The notes under the pieces are model-generated. The model did no database searches, was not told where the DNA came from, and was given only the letters and a program-made list of their open reading frames with translations. A stretch of DNA of 64,000 nucleotides, taken from assembly GCA_964410865.1 (NCBI GenBank), contig CAYPIQ010000006.1, positions 36,865 through 100,864 on the forward strand. Direction: 5' to 3'. Both the position numbers and the translations under genes were made by a program. Source of the DNA: an uncultured Spirochaetales bacterium (GTDB taxonomy: Bacteria > Spirochaetota > Spirochaetia > JAFGDJ01). Positions 59,002 to 64,000 of the stretch are shown one piece after another (within the stretch, counting starts at the first letter, position 1; the number at the start of each line of letters is the position of its first letter).

Positions 59002-59880
59002 TCAACCGCGGGAGTTCATCCGCTCGAAGACCTTATAGAGGCTGTGGGTTCCCATGTTCTCCAGACCTTCGGCCATGGCGGCGATGTAGAACTGCTGGGC
59101 CATGGCAAGGCCGGGAAGGGAGAGGTTCATTCGTCCGGCTTCCTTCAGCGCTATCCCCATATCTTTGACGAAGTGTTTAACAAAAAAGCCGGGATCGAAA
59201 TTTCCCTTTGCTATACGAGGTCCGTAATTCGAGAGGGACCAGGTACCGGCGGCACCTTTTTCTATTACCGAGATTACCTCCATCATGTCGAGTCCGGCCC
59301 GGTGGGCGTACAGAAGACATTCAACCAGCCCTATCATGGTTGTGGCTATATGGATCTGGTTTACCGCCTTGGTGTGCTGCCCAGCTCCGGCGCCACCGAG
59401 TAAGGAGATGTTCTTACCCATAATCTGGAAAAAAGGAAGTACTTCATCGAAGACTTCCCGGTCTCCCCCGACCATGATCGCCAACCGTGCTTCCTTTGCG
59501 CCCACGTCGCCGCCGGAAACCGGAGCGTCGAGAACGGGTACACCCTTTTCTTTCCCCGCCGCATAAATCTCCTCAGCCATGCTCGGTTCCGAGGTGGTCA
59601 TATCGACAAGAATAGTGCCGCTCTTTGCACCGGCTACCAGGCCGTCTTCGCCGAGAAAGACCTCCCGGACATCCTGTGGATATCCTACAATGGCAAAGGC
59701 TATATCACTGTTTTCCGCCACCGCCTTGGGGCTGTCACACCACCGGGCGCCGGCATCGAGAAGTTCCTCCGCCTTTGATCTGGTTCGAGTATACACGCTC
59801 ATGGGGTAGCCTGCGGCGATGATATGACCGCACATCGATTTTCCCATGACTCCTGTTCCTACCCATCCTATCTTCTTCAA
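59002..59880 (-). CDS. NAD(P)-dependent beta-hydroxyacid dehydrogenase (3-hydroxyisobutyrate dehydrogenase / tartronate semialdehyde reductase family)
   Basis: The N-terminal Rossmann 'IGWVGTGVMGKSM' and family-typical core are present; the length is 292 aa. Confidence 0.85.
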   Translation of the reverse strand: MKKIGWVGTGVMGKSMCGHIIAAGYPMSVYTRTRSKAEELLDAGARWCDSPKAVAENSDIAFAIVGYPQDVREVFLGEDGLVAGAKSGTILVDMTTSEPSMAEEIYAAGKEKGVPVLDAPVSGGDVGAKEARLAIMVGGDREVFDEVLPFFQIMGKNISLLGGAGAGQHTKAVNQIHIATTMIGLVECLLYAHRAGLDMMEVISVIEKGAAGTWSLSNYGPRIAKGNFDPGFFVKHFVKDMGIALKEAGRMNLSLPGLAMAQQFYIAAMAEGLENMGTHSLYKVFERMNSRG

Positions 59881-59977
59881 TGTTTTCTCCTTATATAAAC
59901 GAGTGTTAATTACAGTGTAGCACTTCAGCTTGCATCATGAAAGGCTCTTAACGAGGTTTTCTTTTCTATTCAACTTT

Positions 59978-60026
59978 ATTCGCACGGGGGATTCATGCCC
60001 CGCCCCTTGTGGCGGGATATGTTGGT
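59978..60026 (+). repeat. Copy D: internally deleted mini version of the repeat element
   Basis: In 'attcgcacgggggattcatgccccgccccttgtggcgggatatgttgg' the 5' end of the element joins directly to the 3' hairpin. Confidence 0.7.
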
Positions 60027-60072
60027 TAAGTATCTTATACTTTACCTGCATCCTGCACGGCAGCCGCGGCAT

Positions 60073-60155
60073 CGGCGGTTTAACGGAATCTATCCCGGGG
60101 ACCGGGGGATGTAATCGGCGGTTTAACGGAATCTATCCCGGGGACCGGGGGATGT
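60073..60155. repeat. Tandem direct repeat, 41 bp x 2 (cggcggtttaacggaatctatcccggggaccgggggatgta)
   Basis: Two contiguous identical units are seen directly, each containing the inverted repeat 'cccggggaccggggg'. Confidence 0.85.
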
Positions 60156-60281
60156 ATCAGCGTATGGGGTTGCACCGCTGCACATCCGAGGTTCCTCTTT
60201 TACCAAAACCGGTTCTCAATGTAGTAGACGCCTGTATATCTGCCGAGCTGGAACTCGGGTCGGCGAACCTGGATTCCCCGG

Positions 60282-60845
60282 TCATTGAAAGGATTCGCCT
60301 GTGAAAACACCCGGCTGGGGGAATCTCGGCGAGGGAGCGGGAAACAAGCCCGTCAGGGGAAGCCAATACCCCGGCAAGGCTATTTGGTCCCGGAGACTTG
60401 CAGCGCACGTCACGGCGGAGGTCCGTTCACCCCTGTACAAGGATCCCATGGAACGGACCGCATTCAGGGAAAGGTCCGGATCCGGCAGGGTATATAACCG
60501 GTTGAGGATCTCCCGCTCCGGCCGGACAATACCTGCCAGGTATACAGGTCGGCCTTCCCTTAGCTGACTGAGCATTCGGCGGGCATGCTGTTCGGCCTCG
60601 TTCTTATTCATGATAAGACCGAAGATCCTGTTGATCTCCACATCCGGCCGCCGGCCCTTTACCTCCTGATAGTAATATTCGATTGGATAGACGCCCTTAC
60701 TTTCATCATCCCGGTAGACCGCCGAGGTGGGCAGGGTTTTGAGCACCCCATCGCAGAATCGGGCTGCAGTATCGTAGTTTAGTTTGACGGGGTTGAAGAT
60801 GTATTCCGCCGGGTCACTCCAGCAGGATCTTGGTTCTAAATGCAT
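60282..60845 (-). CDS. Hypothetical protein (no recognisable motif)
   Basis: A 187-aa ORF of protein-like composition that overlaps the 3' end of the upstream GT4 paralog by 32 nt; the function is unknown. Confidence 0.35.
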   Translation of the reverse strand: MHLEPRSCWSDPAEYIFNPVKLNYDTAARFCDGVLKTLPTSAVYRDDESKGVYPIEYYYQEVKGRRPDVEINRIFGLIMNKNEAEQHARRMLSQLREGRPVYLAGIVRPEREILNRLYTLPDPDLSLNAVRSMGSLYRGERTSAVTCAASLRDQIALPGYWLPLTGLFPAPSPRFPQPGVFTGESFQ

Positions 60846-62115
60846 CGGTGGCTTCCTTGCCCCAGAAGGTAGTTATAAGGTGATACAGCTTGGCTTCGAG
60901 TATCTGGAACGAATAATACTGCAGGCCGAGGTTATAATTCTTCTCGGTAATCTCCTGCACGCGCCGGGGGTTTTTTAAGAGTTCCCGGGTGTAATCCACC
61001 GTGCTCTTGGATATATACCCGTCCATTTCGATTACCTGAAATCCCTTTGGTTTTATATCATGAGAATAGATCGAGTAGTTGTTTACAAGGATCGGCTTAC
61101 GGAAATAGATGGCCTCCAGAAAGGCGTTTCCGAATCCCTCGAATATAGAAGGGTAGGTCACCAGGTCGGCATGGGGATAAATATCCTGCATGGTGTACAC
61201 CTTTTTACCGTCCGGGGTCGTTCCCCTCTCGTTGTCGATACGGTTTTCTACAAAGATCGATTTTATACCCAGAAGATCGCTGTATTCCCGCACCCTTTGT
61301 TCATACTCAAACCCTTCGTCACCGGAGGCGTGGGATATTACCAGTACAGCGCTCATGTCGAGGCGTGCTACGAGTTCTATGGCATGTTCAATGCCCTTGC
61401 GTTGAACAACCCGGGTAGGCTGCAGGATCAGCAGCTGGTCTTTATCGATACCGAGTTCTTCCCGCACGTCCGCGTTATACTCGTCGATATAGTTGGTTGG
61501 GCGCTCGAAGGGCATAACGTTTGGTATGAGGGTTGAAGAGATCCCGGTGCGAAGGGCAAGCTGGTTCTGGGCCGAAGAATTTATGACGACATGTCGAATC
61601 GAATTAAGGTGAGGCGGATAACTGGAATTAAAATAATCCCAGACACAGTTTCTCAGGAAACGCTTGCGCTCCCAGAAAAAATCGTGATGATGGGCTATAG
61701 TGGGGATTCCGCTCTCGGCTATGACCTCGGTTAATGCCAGGCCCAGGGGTATGTTGAGCGGGATCGTCAGCGTATTCTGGGGGACCAGGAGGTCTATATT
61801 GAAGGTGTTGATAAAATCGTAAATCTTCTTTTTCAGGATTTCACGGTACGTATGGATAAGGGTAGTTATTTCAGCGGGCCGCCTTTCGAAATCGAAGGCA
61901 GCCTGGCAAATTCTGTTCAGATCGGGAATGTCCGGAGTCTTGAAGTGGGCTTCCGGTACTGTGAACGATTTCTCCGGGGGAGTATCCAGCTCTCCGGCCA
62001 TATAGAAGCAGGGGAAACCGTTGGCTTCCAGTACTTCGGCCCATTTTTTTGTTTCCAGGGAAACGCCGTCGGTCCCCGAAATCCTGAATGAAAGAAAACC
62101 TACATTCTTGCTCAT
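60814..62115 (-). CDS. GT4-family glycosyltransferase, paralog of the 38205..39479 gene
   Basis: 'VGFLSFRISGTDGVSLETKKW' and 'YPSIFEGFGNAFLEAIYFRKPILVNNY' are co-linear with the 38205 product. Confidence 0.65.
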   Translation of the reverse strand: MSKNVGFLSFRISGTDGVSLETKKWAEVLEANGFPCFYMAGELDTPPEKSFTVPEAHFKTPDIPDLNRICQAAFDFERRPAEITTLIHTYREILKKKIYDFINTFNIDLLVPQNTLTIPLNIPLGLALTEVIAESGIPTIAHHHDFFWERKRFLRNCVWDYFNSSYPPHLNSIRHVVINSSAQNQLALRTGISSTLIPNVMPFERPTNYIDEYNADVREELGIDKDQLLILQPTRVVQRKGIEHAIELVARLDMSAVLVISHASGDEGFEYEQRVREYSDLLGIKSIFVENRIDNERGTTPDGKKVYTMQDIYPHADLVTYPSIFEGFGNAFLEAIYFRKPILVNNYSIYSHDIKPKGFQVIEMDGYISKSTVDYTRELLKNPRRVQEITEKNYNLGLQYYSFQILEAKLYHLITTFWGKEATDAFRTKILLE

Positions 62116-62187
62116 CGTCTTTCCACCCTTTGTATGTGCATATGTAATAATAACGGCACGAACCCCGTTATTTTTAAGGAACAGTTC

Positions 62188-63171
62188 TTACCGCAGCGGC
62201 GATATTTCCACCCGCCTGTTCAGGTGCTGTTTATCGCTTTCCTCAACGGCGGGCGCGGTACTGCCGTAACCTTCTATATGGGGCTTCTGCTCAGGCTCCC
62301 ATCCGCAGTCGAGAAGATAGTTATACACGACCTTCGCCCTCCGTCGGGAAAGTTCCATCCTCCCGGCTTCGGTGCCGTAGGATGCGCAGTGTCCGGAAAT
62401 TTTGACCGGCCCGCCGTACTCATTCAACAAGACGGCCGTCTCCGACAGGATATTCCGTGTTTCCGGGGTCAGAACGGCCTTATCCGGTTCGAAGTAAACG
62501 GTAACCGTATCAAAGCGGACTATCCTGTCCCCCTCTTCCCGCCGTGTCTGCTGACTGCCGGGGGCGGGGCTCTCCTCGACGGCGGTAGGCGTACCAGCGG
62601 GTTCCTGCGGAGGTCCAGGGGGTGTGCCGGTTTCCTGCGTATCCCCGCCGTTCGTATCCCGGAAAGGTCCAGCAGGCGGCTCTTCTTTTTCCTGCTCTTC
62701 ATTCCTCGCCTGACGGGCGGAGGGGAGGGCCTGTACATCTTTTCCCATATCCGACTCCCGCATACGGGGAAGAAAGAACAATACGAACACGAGTACCGCG
62801 ACGCCGGCAGCCGCAGGAGGCAGGATACGGCGAAGAAACACCTGCTGCGGCATGTAGGTGGCCAAGGATATAGTCCGGGTTTCGTAGACCTTACCGTTCA
62901 GTATAAGGGTGAATCTAAGGGTGAAACGCCCGTTATATTCCGCCGACAGGTCTATAGCCGGGTTCCGCTTCGGGTCCCGGTCCAGATTTTGCAGGCGGAA
63001 TTCGGTTATACATACCTTTGAATAATGTCGTACCAGGAAGACTTTTATGGACGCCCTGCGCTGTTTGGGCTTTAACGTAGTGAGTTTTAGGAGCCCTTCC
63101 GTTTTCCCTTGCAGTACACAGAGTTCCACCAGGTGCCTGTTTTCGATTTCTACTCCGATAATCGGACGCAT
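62188..63171 (-). CDS. OmpA-family peptidoglycan-binding membrane protein (N-terminal cytoplasmic domain, transmembrane helix, Pro-rich linker, OmpA_C)
   Basis: The C-terminal 'VYFEPDKAVLTPETRNILSETAVLL...GHCASYGTEAGRMELSRRRAKVVYNYL...NRRVEI' is an OmpA_C motif, preceded by the transmembrane helix 'AAAGVAVLVFVLFFL' and a P/E-rich spacer. Confidence 0.8.
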   Translation of the reverse strand: MRPIIGVEIENRHLVELCVLQGKTEGLLKLTTLKPKQRRASIKVFLVRHYSKVCITEFRLQNLDRDPKRNPAIDLSAEYNGRFTLRFTLILNGKVYETRTISLATYMPQQVFLRRILPPAAAGVAVLVFVLFFLPRMRESDMGKDVQALPSARQARNEEQEKEEPPAGPFRDTNGGDTQETGTPPGPPQEPAGTPTAVEESPAPGSQQTRREEGDRIVRFDTVTVYFEPDKAVLTPETRNILSETAVLLNEYGGPVKISGHCASYGTEAGRMELSRRRAKVVYNYLLDCGWEPEQKPHIEGYGSTAPAVEESDKQHLNRRVEISPLR

Positions 63172-63252
63172 AATGGTAGTGTACTACCTTGAGCCGTACC
63201 GTCAAGGACCATTTTTCAGATTGATTCAAGTAGATTGATATGCAATAATACT

Positions 63253-64000
63253 GTGGAGATTGAATATACGTACGGGGGCGGAGGTACGTTAGCGTTACAG
63301 GTTATTTTAAAGATTATCAACGATATCTCTGAAGGACTCATTATTCTGAGCGATGACGAGGAAATAGTATTCTTTAACGATGTCTTTCTCCGGATAACCG
63401 GATGGAAGAGTTCCGATATTTTTACCCGCGAGAGAGAATTTATCAGTTACCTCAATCTCGAACTTCTAAAGGGAAGTGAGCTGAAGGTGCAAATTCCTAA
63501 TTCATCGGGGATATTTCAGTCATTCATCTGTACGTACTTCGAGGTCCATTCCGTTGACGAGGGTTCTTATGCCCTTATAAAAATACGGCCGGAGGATTCC
63601 GGCCATAACGGCGAGCAGCTCGAGTATAAGCGGAATTTTGACTTACTATTCAATAATATCGACGATCCGCTTTTTACTGCCGATCTTCACGGGCGTATAC
63701 TGACGGCAAACAGTGCTTTTTTCCGTCTCTTCGGTTATGAGAATGTCGATGAACCGCCGCCCCGTTCAATTGCGTCGATGTACGTGTATGGTGATGACCT
63801 GGACGACAAGATTATGAAACTTTTCTCCGGGCACCGGGTGGAAAATCTGGACACCCATCTCTACACTGCGGATAAAAGAATAAAACGAGTTCTGGATACC
63901 TCCTGGTCCATCAGGAACCAGGCAGGAGAGGTTATCGGATATGCGACCCAGTTCAAAGATGTCACCTACGTAAAAAATCTCGAATCCAGGCTCAGAATAT
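63253..64000 (+). CDS. PAS-domain sensor protein, N-terminal part (runs off the window; the start is uncertain, GTG 63253 or TTG 63235)
   Basis: The frame is open from 63193 to the window end; two PAS-like segments ('IILSDDEEIVFFNDVFLRITGW' and 'FNNIDDPLFTADLHGRILTANSAFFRLFGYE') are visible. Confidence 0.5.
   Translation, partial: MEIEYTYGGGGTLALQVILKIINDISEGLIILSDDEEIVFFNDVFLRITGWKSSDIFTREREFISYLNLELLKGSELKVQIPNSSGIFQSFICTYFEVHSVDEGSYALIKIRPEDSGHNGEQLEYKRNFDLLFNNIDDPLFTADLHGRILTANSAFFRLFGYENVDEPPPRSIASMYVYGDDLDDKIMKLFSGHRVENLDTHLYTADKRIKRVLDTSWSIRNQAGEVIGYATQFKDVTYVKNLESRLRI

Overview
This 64 kb window is chromosomal DNA at about 55% GC from an anaerobe; the gene content (pyruvate:ferredoxin oxidoreductase, DegV/YloV pair, RlmKL, methyl-accepting chemotaxis proteins, DUF1015-serA-serC, OmpA/MotB-like protein) is spirochaete-like, but that is inference only. 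I could support about 55 protein-coding genes or gene remnants and found no rRNA, tRNA, CRISPR array, transposase or integrase. Reading left to right: a methyl-accepting chemotaxis protein (its reading frame is still open at the window edge); a membrane-lipid island made of an RND/MMPL-type exporter, a PlsC-type acyltransferase, UDP-galactopyranose mutase (glf), a diacylglycerol-glycosyltransferase-like GT4 enzyme and cardiolipin synthase; a DeoR regulator translationally coupled to a phosphopentomutase-like metalloenzyme; a FecCD permease remnant; TrpB2; a pair of ABC exporter half-transporters; GtrA; RlmKL; a tightly coupled cluster of an orphan ABC-type ATPase, a P-loop ORF split by an in-frame stop and an RnfB-like Fe-S protein, beside the pyruvate:ferredoxin oxidoreductase; an ABC-2 exporter; three paralogous GT4-like proteins, one beside a GH13_18 sucrose/glucosylglycerate-phosphorylase-like gene; serC-serA-DUF1015; Lrp; NadE; a patatin-like protein; DegV and YloV; a DUF134-DUF5320-MinD/ferredoxin ATPase(x2)-NifX-like-radical SAM cluster with two further NifX-like genes (the strongest candidate for an uncharacterised system here); a decayed zone holding a pepD pseudogene, an OMP-like remnant with an amber stop, a GPH-type MFS pseudogene and a truncated ABC-2 permease; OsmC; split ChrA; DjlA; a NapH-like membrane ferredoxin coupled to a TlpA-nDsbD fusion lipoprotein; a beta-hydroxyacid dehydrogenase; an OmpA-family protein; and the start of a PAS-domain protein. 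Non-coding signal includes a roughly 165-nt structured repeat family (three full copies and one internally deleted mini copy), two short tandem-repeat arrays, palindromic operator-like sites, and a GC-rich structured leader upstream of the MMPL exporter. All family assignments come from reading motifs in the supplied translations; no database searches were run.
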